Shown in pieces: positions 42,126-51,592 of a stretch of DNA of 64,000 bases (positions within the stretch are counted from its first letter, which is position 1; each line of letters begins with the position of its first letter). Under the pieces are notes generated by a model. It did no database searches. It was not told where the DNA came from and saw nothing but the letters and a program-made list of their open reading frames with translations. Position numbers and translations under genes: made by a program. Source of the DNA: Candidatus Kaiserbacteria bacterium (GTDB lineage: Bacteria > Patescibacteriota > Minisyncoccia > Phycocordibacterales > Phycocordibacteraceae); contig JAPLWH010000006.1 of NCBI GenBank assembly GCA_026396715.1, forward strand, positions 42,850 to 106,849, in the 5' to 3' direction.

Positions 42126-43033
42126 ATGCAAAAGTGATTCGTGCGGCTACAGCACTAATTCTCGCGCTCGCGGCGGGCGCGATGGGATACACGGCGGGCG
42201 GGAGCGGAACGGAAAGTCCGAACATAAGCATCCCCGCTCAAACTATTGCCGCACCAACAGCAGGCACGACACGCGTGATTTACAGCCTCGATCAGAAACA
42301 GAATGATAAAGAACTCATCGCACTCATCAATGCCGCAGAGGACCACATCTACTTCGCGATCTACACCTTTACCCTTCCGACTATCGCCGACGCTCTCGTC
42401 AAAGCAAAAAAGCGCGGCGTCGATGTGAAAGGACTCATGGACTCCGAGCAAAGCGGCAACAGTTACGGCACTCCTATTACTGCAAAACTGCGTGACGCCG
42501 GTATTCCTCTCCTTGTAGAGCGACACGCAAGTGGCAACGGCATCATGCACATAAAACTCCTTGTGACGGAACAGGCGTACGCCTTTGGCAGCTATAACTG
42601 GACCAATTCCGCGACAACTCTCAACGATGAAATCCTCGAAATCGGTACCGACCCGGCACTGCGGCAGACGTACGAAAATATTTTGAAACGACTGTTTGAT
42701 GCCTATAAAGGCAACGCGGCCGCGGGAGCGGCCGCGAGTGTTTCTATCGGGACCATCGACTACACGCAAGCACCCGCGCACGTCGGCCAAAGAGCCTCCG
42801 TGCGCGGCACCCTCGTCAAAGCCTATACCTCCGCAAGTGGTACCGTCTTCCTCGATTTCTGCGAGAATTACAAAAACTGCCCCTTTTCAGGCGTCATCTT
42901 CGCCGACGATGTAAAAAAATTCGGCACCCTTTCTCGCTACAATGGGACCGCCATCACCCTTACCGGCAAAATCTCCTCCTACCAGGGAAAAGCCGAAATC
43001 GTCCTTTCTAATCCGAATCAAATCTCTCTGTGA
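42122..43033 (+). CDS. Exported PLD-family (Nuc-like) nuclease with C-terminal OB-fold-like domain
   Basis: Signal/anchor, single HxK motif HIKLLVTE...GSYNWT...NDE; C-terminus GKISSYQGKAEI. Confidence 0.8.
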   Translation: MNAKVIRAATALILALAAGAMGYTAGGSGTESPNISIPAQTIAAPTAGTTRVIYSLDQKQNDKELIALINAAEDHIYFAIYTFTLPTIADALVKAKKRGVDVKGLMDSEQSGNSYGTPITAKLRDAGIPLLVERHASGNGIMHIKLLVTEQAYAFGSYNWTNSATTLNDEILEIGTDPALRQTYENILKRLFDAYKGNAAAGAAASVSIGTIDYTQAPAHVGQRASVRGTLVKAYTSASGTVFLDFCENYKNCPFSGVIFADDVKKFGTLSRYNGTAITLTGKISSYQGKAEIVLSNPNQISL

Positions 43034-43095
43034 GCAGATAAATCCGCGCTTATTGCGTACCCTACCCTTTTCATGCTATAGTACCCTCACTTCCA

Positions 43096-43665
43096 GTGGC
43101 TACTGAACGACTTCGCATAAATAACGAGATCCGCGCGCAAGAATTGCGCGTTATTGGTGCCCAAGGGGAGAATTTGGGAGTTCTTTCGCTTGACGCGGCG
43201 CTCGCGGCCGCAAAAACCGCCGGACGCGACCTCATCGAAATCTCACCTTCGGCCCTGCCGCCCGTTGCGAAAATCATGGATTATGGTAAATTCGAATACG
43301 AGCGTAGCAAGAAGGAAAAGGTAGCAAAAGCCAAGGTCAAAGTGTCTGAGACCAAGGAGGTCCAGATCAAGGTGGGCACCGGCGACCACGATATGGGGCT
43401 CAAGGCGAGAAAGGCCGCTGAGTGGCTCGCCGAGGGTCACCGAGTACGTGCCGAGCTCTTCCTCAAAGGCCGCTACAAGGGCATGGGAGAGGAGTTCTTG
43501 AAGGAACGCCTCGTGCGGTTCCTCAAGCTCATCCCGTATGCCTACAAAGTCTCTGAGCCCGTCGCGCGGAGCCCCAAAGGCTTTGCTGGGGTCATCGAAC
43601 GAGACCTCATAGCCCAAGCGAAACGTGAGAAAGAACAGAAACCACAAAATGAAAAACCCAGTTAG
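43096..43665 (+). CDS. infC: Translation initiation factor IF-3
   Basis: RINNEIRA, DLIEISP, PPVAKIMDYGKF; start codon (GTG) uncertain. Confidence 0.95.
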   Translation: MATERLRINNEIRAQELRVIGAQGENLGVLSLDAALAAAKTAGRDLIEISPSALPPVAKIMDYGKFEYERSKKEKVAKAKVKVSETKEVQIKVGTGDHDMGLKARKAAEWLAEGHRVRAELFLKGRYKGMGEEFLKERLVRFLKLIPYAYKVSEPVARSPKGFAGVIERDLIAQAKREKEQKPQNEKPS

Positions 43666-43695
43666 AAAGTCTCTCGGATTCGACTTCTAACGGGG
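43657..43695. repeat. TTAGA/TCTAAC inverted-end element, 39 bp
   Basis: CCCAGTTAGAAAGTC...GACTTCTAACGGGG; contains the infC TAG stop. Confidence 0.75.
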
Positions 43696-43709
43696 CAAGC
43701 AAACAAAAC

Positions 43710-43904
43710 ATGAAAACAAACAAATCTTACTCAAAACGAATACGAGTTACCCGCAACGGGAAGCTCATGGCGCGCGCAAAAGGCCAGAACCATTTCAATG
43801 CGAAGGCGAGCGGTTCCGAGCGCAACGGCAAGCGCCGTCCAGTCGCGATCAAGCTGACGATGAAGGTCCGCCGCCGTTTCCTTCCGGGCACGGGCGCTAA
43901 GTAA
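43710..43904 (+). CDS. rpmI: 50S ribosomal protein L35
   Basis: MKTNKSYSKR..T.NGK; lies between infC and rplT. Confidence 0.92.
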   Translation: MKTNKSYSKRIRVTRNGKLMARAKGQNHFNAKASGSERNGKRRPVAIKLTMKVRRRFLPGTGAK

Positions 43905-43929
43905 TTAATCTTTCTGTAATCATTTTCGT

Positions 43930-44277
43930 ATGACAAGAATCAAAGGAGGAGTAATGGCGCAGAAACGCCGCAAGAACATTCTCGAACGCGCCAAGGGCTA
44001 CCGCGGCATCCGCTCGAAGAAGGAACGCTACGCGCACGAAGCGCTCATGCGCGCTGGCCGCTACGCGTTCGCCCACCGCCGCGACAAAAAGACCGACTTC
44101 CGCCAGGTCTGGATCGTTCGGCTGAACGCCGCTGTCCGCGAGACCGGCCACAAGTCCTACTCCACATTCATCGCGAAGCTCAAGAAGTCCGGTTTTGCCC
44201 TCGACCGCAAGGTCCTCGCTCAATTCGCCTCCGACCATCCGGAAATTTTCGCCCGCATCAGCAAGCAAGTCGTCTAA
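43930..44277 (+). CDS. rplT: 50S ribosomal protein L20
   Basis: MTRIKGG, AKGYRG, FRQVWIVRLNAA, DRKVLA. Confidence 0.96.
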   Translation: MTRIKGGVMAQKRRKNILERAKGYRGIRSKKERYAHEALMRAGRYAFAHRRDKKTDFRQVWIVRLNAAVRETGHKSYSTFIAKLKKSGFALDRKVLAQFASDHPEIFARISKQVV

Positions 44278-44284
44278 GTAACCA

Positions 44285-44312
44285 AAAAACCGCCCCGGAA
44301 GGGGCGGTTTTT
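44285..44312. terminator. Bidirectional terminator
   Basis: AAAAACCGCCCC-GGAA-GGGGCGGTTTTT. Confidence 0.8.
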
Positions 44313-44323
44313 CGTTTCGGAGT

Positions 44324-44545
44324 CTATTCGCCGCAGTAGGAAAATCGCGGCACTCGTTTACCATTAAACTCAACCTCTTCAAGAAACATCGCGAGCGGTC
44401 TGACCCAGAGCTTTGACATCTCATTTTCGTAGAGCGCTTCGTACACGACCATGTCTTCCAGCGTCTCGCTGTGCTTCGCCGCGCCAAGTACCCGGTACTT
44501 CTTTCCACTTTTATAGTGTTCGTACACGCCGAGTTTTAACTTCAT
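44324..44545 (-). CDS. DUF1653 family protein
   Basis: GVYEHYK, HSETLE.MVVYEALY, WVRP..MF. Confidence 0.9.
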   Translation of the reverse strand: MKLKLGVYEHYKSGKKYRVLGAAKHSETLEDMVVYEALYENEMSKLWVRPLAMFLEEVEFNGKRVPRFSYCGE

Positions 44546-44557
44546 AACCTGACTATA

Positions 44558-44989
44558 TCACTGCAATTTATCTTTATAGAGCTCAAGAAACTTCGGGTAT
44601 TGGGAGTGCAGCGGTGCCGGGAGCGCATCGAGCCTGAACCATCCAATCTCATCAAGCTTGTGCGGCTCGCCATTTTTTACCTTCGACGGGTCTATGAGCA
44701 CTTTGAAATCTAAAGCAATCCAGTGAGTCTTTTTCCCATCATGTTCACGATGTACATCGCGGAAACCGAGAAATTCGTGGGCGAGCACCCCTGTGGAATA
44801 TTCCTCGGCAATTTCCTTGCAAAGAGTGTTTTCCACAGTATCGCCAAACTCTAATCCTCCCCCGCCAGGGTCCCAGGTCCCCTGTTCATCGCGGCACGCA
44901 AGACCTCGTTTACTCAAAAGAAAATTCCCTTTGCCATCGTGACAGGTAAATACAATAGTTACTCCCGTAAAATCTTCTCCTTTCTTCAT
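44558..44989 (-). CDS. NUDIX hydrolase
   Basis: PGGGGLEFGDTVENTLCKEIAEE Nudix-box variant. Confidence 0.85.
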   Translation of the reverse strand: MKKGEDFTGVTIVFTCHDGKGNFLLSKRGLACRDEQGTWDPGGGGLEFGDTVENTLCKEIAEEYSTGVLAHEFLGFRDVHREHDGKKTHWIALDFKVLIDPSKVKNGEPHKLDEIGWFRLDALPAPLHSQYPKFLELYKDKLQ

Positions 44990-45029
44990 GGGTAAACTAT
45001 ATCAGAATGAGTGTCTTTCACAGCAACAT

Positions 45030-46052
45030 TCATTCGGGCAATAGGTCTTTTATTTTATCGGAGTACAGAGTATAGGCGCGGACGAATGAATCGTCGACAT
45101 GTGCATAGAGGATGCCCGTACCCGGACCAGTCTCCACGAACTGGCTCGCGAACGTAATCGTCTTTGCTTGGCTATCGCGAATAAAAGGCTCGGGCGATAC
45201 CCAGTCTATTTCCCCGCGTTCGTAGTCGTAGATGAAAAGCCCGACGGAGAACATACCGTATTTGATTTTATCGCCAAGCTTCTGATTCGCTTCGCGACCA
45301 TTCATGATACCGAGCAGTTTTCCTTCGCCAACATCAATAGATGATTTCGGCAAAAGAGGCCCCGGAGACGCGTGCCCTGCGATCCAAGGAATATCGTGCT
45401 CGGCGGGATGGAAAACAGTATTCCCATACTTCCATGGCCCACCCATATCTTCTGCTATCGCTACACGCACGGTTGAATGCCTACCTTTTGGCTCACGATC
45501 TCGCGACTCGATGAGGTTATAGCGAACGCCCTTTGCATTGGTCGGCGCGATCGAAACCTCTTTCGCGTTCGCATTCATCGTTTCATTCTGCAAGAGGACA
45601 GGCTCTGTCATTTCGAGAGAATGCAGATCTTTCCCGACCGCGTGACCGAGATGTATCCGGATTTTGTCTTTCGATTCTGGCGGCTTAATGGGAATAGTGA
45701 AATAGACATGAGTGAGTTCGGTCTTTTCATCAATCCAAATATCAGGATCCTCGAGACCGATGCACTCCCACCCTTCCGGAGTGAGTTTCCTAAGTATTTC
45801 TTTCTCATTTTTAATCTCGAGCCGGTCGCCGACCGTAAAATGGTCGAGAGAGTCTCTGGAGACAGTGTAGAGCTGACTCCGGTCGACATACCCCTTTATC
45901 TCAACATCGCCTTCTCGACTCGTGATGCAGCGGATGACTCCCTCGCGGTAGTTTGAACGCGGATCAAGACTGATAGCCATCACATGACTGAAACGGGCAT
46001 CGGTTTCAACCGCCTTACCCGGATGTTCGAAATATGCTTTTTGTTTTTCCAT
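45030..46052 (-). CDS. Five-bladed beta-propeller glycosidase-like protein (GH130/GH43-like)
   Basis: GLEDPDI, TITFASQ...ILYAHVDD. Confidence 0.55.
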   Translation of the reverse strand: MEKQKAYFEHPGKAVETDARFSHVMAISLDPRSNYREGVIRCITSREGDVEIKGYVDRSQLYTVSRDSLDHFTVGDRLEIKNEKEILRKLTPEGWECIGLEDPDIWIDEKTELTHVYFTIPIKPPESKDKIRIHLGHAVGKDLHSLEMTEPVLLQNETMNANAKEVSIAPTNAKGVRYNLIESRDREPKGRHSTVRVAIAEDMGGPWKYGNTVFHPAEHDIPWIAGHASPGPLLPKSSIDVGEGKLLGIMNGREANQKLGDKIKYGMFSVGLFIYDYERGEIDWVSPEPFIRDSQAKTITFASQFVETGPGTGILYAHVDDSFVRAYTLYSDKIKDLLPE

Positions 46053-46074
46053 AGTTATGACAAATGAATTCGAA

Positions 46075-47466
46075 TCAAATCTTCTTGACCGAATCCTTCG
46101 TAATCTCCCACGTCTGACCGAGTTCGGGGGCGACGGCGCGAGCGCCGAGGTAATCGTGGATGCGCTGCGCAAGGAAGCGCTCGGCTGCGGGCTCGCCGAT
46201 GGCAGTAAAGATGACTTTCGGGCGTTTCTCGGCAAGGGCGGCTTCAGCAAATGCGAGGAGCCCATCGCGATCGGCATGCGCCGACCAGCCCTCCAAGTTT
46301 TCGACCGTCGCTTTAATTCGCACCTCTGCACCATTGAGACGCACGCTCGATGCGCCCTCCATCATCCGCCGCCCCGGTGAGCCTGGCGCCTGGTACCCGA
46401 CGATAATGAGCGTACTGGAGGGGTCGGGCAGGTACCGCGCCTCCCAACGGCCGATGCGGCCGCCATGGCTCATGCCGGCTCCAGCGATGATGATCTTCGG
46501 ACCGGACACCTTTTCGATCGCTTCTGATTCTCCGCGTGAAAGCGTGTTTTTGAGGAAGGGAAACTCAAAGACACTTCCCTCTCGCTTTATTTCATCCTCA
46601 GTTTCCGACTTGAAGTACGTCGGTCCCCATTTCTCATAAATCGCCGTCACTTTAATTGCGAGCGGTGAATCGAGAAACACGGGAATTTTTGGAAGCTCGC
46701 CTGCATCAAAAAAATTAGAAAGTTCATAGAGCATGAGCTGTGTACGCTCAAGCGAAAATGCCGGAATGAGGATGGTGCCGCCTTTGGTTATCGCGCGCTT
46801 GAGCGTGTCGCGCAGCGCCTGCACGCGCTCGGCTGCAGGAGGATGAAGGCGATCACCATAGACGCTCTCCATGACGAGCGCGTCCGCATCCGGTATCGGC
46901 TCCCAGTTTGGCAATAACGGCGAGGGCGAATTGCCAATGTCGCCCGTGAGTGCGACCGTAACGCCTTCGTCGTCAGTAATGCGCACGCTCGCCGAGCCGA
47001 GGATGTGCCCGGTATTGCGCAGGTATACGGAAAGCCCCGGCGCAACCTCTCTTTCCGTATGATACTCAAGCGTTTCAACGAGCGAGAATGTCTTATCGAC
47101 GTCCTGCTCCTCGTAGAGCGGCCGCGCGCCGCGGCGCTTTGCTTCTTCTCCAAGGATGCCGACCGAGTCCCGCAAGATGAGTTCCGCGAGGTTCTTCGTC
47201 GGCAGCGTCATGTATATCTTCCCGCGGAAGCCATCCCGCACGAGCTTCGGGATGCGGCCGACATGGTCGAGATGCGCATGCGTGAGAATGAGTGCATCGA
47301 TCGTTGTCACATCGTATGGAAATGGTCCATAGATATGAGCCTCGACGAAGTCGCCACCTTGCTCGATGCCGCAGTCGACGAGCACTTTTCCGCGAGCGCC
47401 TTCGATCAAGAAATTGGAGCCGGTTACCTTCCCCGCTCCGCCGTAGAAACTAAGTCGCAATGCCAT
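46075..47466 (-). CDS. MBL-fold beta-CASP ribonuclease (YSH1-like)
   Basis: VTGS, DCG, THAHLDHVG, GHILGS, GYQAPG, SAHAD. Confidence 0.92.
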   Translation of the reverse strand: MALRLSFYGGAGKVTGSNFLIEGARGKVLVDCGIEQGGDFVEAHIYGPFPYDVTTIDALILTHAHLDHVGRIPKLVRDGFRGKIYMTLPTKNLAELILRDSVGILGEEAKRRGARPLYEEQDVDKTFSLVETLEYHTEREVAPGLSVYLRNTGHILGSASVRITDDEGVTVALTGDIGNSPSPLLPNWEPIPDADALVMESVYGDRLHPPAAERVQALRDTLKRAITKGGTILIPAFSLERTQLMLYELSNFFDAGELPKIPVFLDSPLAIKVTAIYEKWGPTYFKSETEDEIKREGSVFEFPFLKNTLSRGESEAIEKVSGPKIIIAGAGMSHGGRIGRWEARYLPDPSSTLIIVGYQAPGSPGRRMMEGASSVRLNGAEVRIKATVENLEGWSAHADRDGLLAFAEAALAEKRPKVIFTAIGEPAAERFLAQRIHDYLGARAVAPELGQTWEITKDSVKKI

Positions 47467-47484
47467 GGGTAAAATGTACCACGG

Positions 47485-47527
47485 CCACGGAAAAACCCGT
47501 CACGCATTGTGACGGGTTTTTCCGTGG
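47485..47527 (-). terminator. Terminator following the 6S RNA
   Basis: CCACGGAAAAACCCGTCAC/GTGACGGGTTTTTCCGTGG. Confidence 0.8.
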
Positions 47528-47668
47528 AGCCATTCCCTAATAGCAACTTAATTGTGCCAGGTGGGTGCCTGAACGGCGGCTCTCGGATTTCCTTACGGAA
47601 TTCACCAGGCCGCCTAAATGCTAAGCTCCCGAGAATACGGCAAGTTGCGTTTTTAAGAACAGCTCCAC
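47524..47668 (-). ncRNA. ssrS: 6S RNA (compact)
   Basis: Ends pair (GTGGAGC/GCTCCAC; GCAACTT/AAGTTGC); GGGAGC and GGCACCCACCTG motifs as in Firmicutes-type 6S; TATACT upstream, terminator downstream. Confidence 0.78.
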
Positions 47669-47716
47669 AGACAAGTATACCCCCCATCGCGCCCAAGGTC
47701 TGTGGAAAACTCGAAA

Positions 47717-48322
47717 TTACCCAAGGATACCCTTCATATCTACGTCATACAGTGTCGCTTCGTGCGGCACGCGATAACTGATGATTTCTCCAGGCGCGAA
47801 CCAAAGCGGAATCTCCATCAAGGCCTCCGGAACCGTTCCCGACGCGTGAATAAGGTTACGAATCGCGCGGCGGTCCGTATCCGCCACCTGATACGAATCG
47901 AGGACGAAATCGCCGCGGATCGTGCCGATGCCGGCGCTGCGCGGCTCCGTCCCGCCCGTAACCTTCCGTACCGACTCGACCGCATGAGCGCCCTCCCACA
48001 CCATTGCGATGACCGGGCCGCTCGTCATATAAGTCTTCAGATTCTTGACGACTGCCTCTGCTACCTCGAACGGGTCGCTCGACGGCGGCGTCTCCCCTTT
48101 GCTCACATAGCTCGCAATCGCTTTCTCGCCGACGGTTTTCTTCCAGTTCGGATCAAGGAGATAGTGCTTCTCGATCAACTCCTCCGTCGGGACGAGCATC
48201 TTGAGCGCGACGAGCTTGAGACCCATGCGCTCGTACCGCTTCATGATTTCGCCAATGAGCGCGCGCTGGATGCCGTCCGGCTTCACGATAACGAGCGTTC
48301 GTTCTGTTTTCGGGTGTGCCAT
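47717..48322 (-). CDS. ndk: Nucleoside diphosphate kinase
   Basis: ERTLVIVKPDG, SGPV, GTIRGDF, NLIHAS. Confidence 0.95.
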   Translation of the reverse strand: MAHPKTERTLVIVKPDGIQRALIGEIMKRYERMGLKLVALKMLVPTEELIEKHYLLDPNWKKTVGEKAIASYVSKGETPPSSDPFEVAEAVVKNLKTYMTSGPVIAMVWEGAHAVESVRKVTGGTEPRSAGIGTIRGDFVLDSYQVADTDRRAIRNLIHASGTVPEALMEIPLWFAPGEIISYRVPHEATLYDVDMKGILG

Positions 48323-48424
48323 GGTTTAAAAATTAAAACGCCGCGGCGTTGCTCTTCATAATACAATGAATCATCCTCATGCGAATCTGTTGTGTTACAT
48401 CCGCAACGTCGTACAATGAGTCCC

Positions 48425-48937
48425 ATGGACATAGCCGCTCATGGTCTCTATGGAGGAGCCGGATTCGTTACTAAATCGAAAAAATCATTCTGGCTCGCTT
48501 TCTGGTGGGGCATCTTCCCCGACCTCATAGCCTTCGGTTTATTTTTCCCGGTCTTCCTCTATACGTACGGGCTTGATCGGCAGCAGATCATGCGAGTGGA
48601 GCCGCCGACATTGGACATCATCCCTCAGTACGTCCACACGATTTATAACTATTCGCACAGTCTCATCATCTTCGCACTCGTATTTGGACTCGTATGGATA
48701 CTCTTTAAGCGCCCAGTCTATGAGATGCTCGCGTGGGGCCTGCATATCCTCATGGATATCCCGTCGCACAGCGATGCATTCTTTCCGACACCCTTCCTCT
48801 ACCCTCTTTCTTCATTCCACATCAACGGCATCGCATGGGGCACCCCCTGGTTCTTCTTCAGTTATTGGGGAATCGTCCTCTGCATCTATGCGGCCATATT
48901 CCTCCGGCGACGCGCACGCGCCACTCTCCGCACCTGA
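48425..48937 (+). CDS. Membrane-bound metal-dependent hydrolase (YdjM-like)
   Basis: MD..AH, PDL, SHSL, HILMDIP motifs. Confidence 0.75.
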   Translation: MDIAAHGLYGGAGFVTKSKKSFWLAFWWGIFPDLIAFGLFFPVFLYTYGLDRQQIMRVEPPTLDIIPQYVHTIYNYSHSLIIFALVFGLVWILFKRPVYEMLAWGLHILMDIPSHSDAFFPTPFLYPLSSFHINGIAWGTPWFFFSYWGIVLCIYAAIFLRRRARATLRT

Positions 48938-48951
48938 ACCGCGCTTTCAAT

Positions 48952-49719
48952 CTATAGCTTCGTCACAACAAGCGGACCGTTCTTTTCTATCAAAATAGTG
49001 TGCTCGAAGTGCGCAGAAAGGGAGCCGTCTTTTGTCCGATATGTGTAGCCATCGGGCGCGAGAGTAACCGCTGCTTTGCCTGCAGTTGAAATAGGCTCGA
49101 GAGCGAGCACCATTCCCTCCAAGAGTACCGGACCTTCTCCCGGGCGACCGAAGTTCGGAATGAACGGCTCTTCGTGCACCATGTCCCCCACCCCGTGCCC
49201 GCCGAGCTCTTTAACCACCTTGAAGCCCGCACGCTCAATCTCTTTCTGAATAGCGTATGAAATATCGCCCATGTGATTTCCAAGAACCGCTTGCGCGATA
49301 CCCTCCGTGAGCGCTTGCTCGGTCGCAATGAGGAGCCTCTCCGTCTCCTCGCTCACAACGCCGACCGGCACTGTGATAGCCGCGTCGACGATGATGCCCT
49401 TGTGCGTCAGCCCGAGATCGAGCCCGACGATATCGCCTTCTTTCAACGTCTTTATCGACTCATTCGGAATGCCGTGCACGACCTCGCTGTTTATCGAAAC
49501 GCACAACGTCGCCGGGTACGGACGTTGCGCCCCTTCAGGTGTGTATCCGAGGAAACACGGCTCATCGCCACCATCACGGATCATCTGCTCCGCAGAATCA
49601 TCGAGCTCTTCTGTCGTCACGCCGGGCGCAACTTTTGCACGCAGCATCTTAAGCACGGCAGCGAGACGCTTCCCCGCTTCGATGAGATTCGCGCGCTCAG
49701 TGTCATTCGCAATAGTCAT
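48952..49719 (-). CDS. map: Methionine aminopeptidase type I
   Basis: SINSEVVHGIP, GHGVG..HEEP, SAHFEHT. Confidence 0.96.
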   Translation of the reverse strand: MTIANDTERANLIEAGKRLAAVLKMLRAKVAPGVTTEELDDSAEQMIRDGGDEPCFLGYTPEGAQRPYPATLCVSINSEVVHGIPNESIKTLKEGDIVGLDLGLTHKGIIVDAAITVPVGVVSEETERLLIATEQALTEGIAQAVLGNHMGDISYAIQKEIERAGFKVVKELGGHGVGDMVHEEPFIPNFGRPGEGPVLLEGMVLALEPISTAGKAAVTLAPDGYTYRTKDGSLSAHFEHTILIEKNGPLVVTKL

Positions 49720-50288
49720 CAGATTTTTAAGATACTTCGCACTTCTGCCGCGATGATTCCCGGCGGACGATGCCCGTCGATATCCGTAAGGAGACCCTGG
49801 TCGCGAAGATAGCTGATTGCACCATCGGTACTCTCGTAATAGGCTTTGAGCCGCGTTGCGACCGCATCAGGATGATCGTCGGGACGTGACCCATTCTCGC
49901 GTCGCAGGGCTATGCGCCCATGCACCTCCTCGTCTGGAACAACAAGGTGAAAGATGCGGAACGGCCGACCGAGCCACCTGAGCGAGTCAGCGACAACCTC
50001 AGCCTCTGTTGGCGTACGACTCGTACCATCAAAAATAACGGTCCCGTCGTCGGGAATCGCGAAAAGAGTCTTCAGATATGAATACACCGCAATCCAGCTC
50101 GGCGCGAGATCGCCGTTATCCATAGTCTCTTTGAGCTTATGCCCCGCGGCAGTACCGGCCGCGATAATCTCACGCATAACACCGCTTGTACCGACCACGG
50201 GCCAGCCCGTCACGTCAGCGAGCAGTTTCGCCTGTGTCCCCTTCCCGCTCCCGGGCTTCCCGATAAAAAATACGATTGGCTTTTCCAT
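49719..50288 (-). CDS. adk: Adenylate kinase (short LID)
   Basis: GKPGSGKGTQ, FDG..R, RPDD; lies between secY and map. Confidence 0.88.
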   Translation of the reverse strand: MEKPIVFFIGKPGSGKGTQAKLLADVTGWPVVGTSGVMREIIAAGTAAGHKLKETMDNGDLAPSWIAVYSYLKTLFAIPDDGTVIFDGTSRTPTEAEVVADSLRWLGRPFRIFHLVVPDEEVHGRIALRRENGSRPDDHPDAVATRLKAYYESTDGAISYLRDQGLLTDIDGHRPPGIIAAEVRSILKI

Positions 50289-50317
50289 CCGCTTACTCTA
50301 GCACTTTCACTTTAAAA

Positions 50318-51592
50318 TTAATATTCGCGGAGCGAGACTTGGGCATCGATTTTGTGGGCGAGGTCGAGCGCGACCTGGACGGCGATGAGGAGTGCGGTGC
50401 CGCCGAGCACGATCGTCGTGACACCCGTGATTCCCTGAATAATCGAAGGAGATATCGCAAGAAGACCGAGGAAACACGCGCCAGGGAGCGTGATGCGATT
50501 TACCACATTGCTGACGTATTCCTCTGTCTCGCGACCTGGACGGACGCCAGGGACAAATGCGCCGGTCTTCTGGAGATTCTCCGCGACGCGATGCGGCTCG
50601 AACGTGACGGCGGTGTAGAAATACGTAAAGAGCACCACGAGGACGAAGTACGCAGCACCATACTTCCATGGATCAGAGAGGAATGCGGTGTACCAGAGCG
50701 CGGCGCTTGAAGCGAATGAGACATGCAATGCTCCAAGCATCGAGAGCGCCATCTGCGGCAAAAGAAGAAGCGAAAGTGCGAAAATGATTGGAATAACGCC
50801 AGCCTGCAAGAGACGGATCGGGAGATAAGTTGCGGCACCCTGCGACATCGCCGCACCACGCATCGCGCGCGCATAGGCAATCGGAATCGAGCGCTCTGCG
50901 TCGGAAACGACAACGACCGCGTAGATCATGAGGAGTGCAAGAAGCGTAAAGGCGAGGTACGCGGGAATATTTGCTGCAGTTGCGGCGAAGAGTGCCTGCG
51001 AGATGCTCGAAGGCACGCGTGCAAGGATACCCGCAAGAATGATGAGCGAGATGCCGTTACCGATGCCGAATTCAGTCACGAGCTCGCCGAGCCACATGAG
51101 CAGCATTGAGCCAGCAGCGATGAGTGCAATATTCGCGACAAGCGCTACCGTGCCCAAGTGCGCGATGACACCCTGCCCTTCAAGCAAAAACAAGAAGCCG
51201 ATGCCCTGCAAAATAGCGATAGGAATCGTGAGTAAGCGACTCCAGCCGATGAACTTCGCGCGGCCCGCCTCACCCTCTTCAAAGTACGCCTGCTTCACTT
51301 GCGGGAAGATGATGGTGCCGAGCTGCATGATGATCGATGCCGTAATGTACGGACCGACGCCGAGCATCACCACAGAGAGATGCGCGAGCCCGCCGCCCGA
51401 GAAAATATTCAAAAGTCCGAAGAACTGATTGTTTGCAAAGAAAGATGCGAGTGCGCCCTTATCGATGCCCGGGATAGGTATCGACGCAAGTAAACGAAAC
51501 AGTCCGAGTGCGCCAACGAGGAAGAAAATACGAAAACGTATTTCAGAATCCCCGAACGCGAGCTTCAGCTTGTGTAGGAAAGAATTAAGCAT
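50318..51592 (-). CDS. secY: Preprotein translocase subunit SecY
   Basis: LGVGPYITASIIMQL, GIGNGISL, AGVIPIIFA, PGVRPG. Confidence 0.97.
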   Translation of the reverse strand: MLNSFLHKLKLAFGDSEIRFRIFFLVGALGLFRLLASIPIPGIDKGALASFFANNQFFGLLNIFSGGGLAHLSVVMLGVGPYITASIIMQLGTIIFPQVKQAYFEEGEAGRAKFIGWSRLLTIPIAILQGIGFLFLLEGQGVIAHLGTVALVANIALIAAGSMLLMWLGELVTEFGIGNGISLIILAGILARVPSSISQALFAATAANIPAYLAFTLLALLMIYAVVVVSDAERSIPIAYARAMRGAAMSQGAATYLPIRLLQAGVIPIIFALSLLLLPQMALSMLGALHVSFASSAALWYTAFLSDPWKYGAAYFVLVVLFTYFYTAVTFEPHRVAENLQKTGAFVPGVRPGRETEEYVSNVVNRITLPGACFLGLLAISPSIIQGITGVTTIVLGGTALLIAVQVALDLAHKIDAQVSLREY

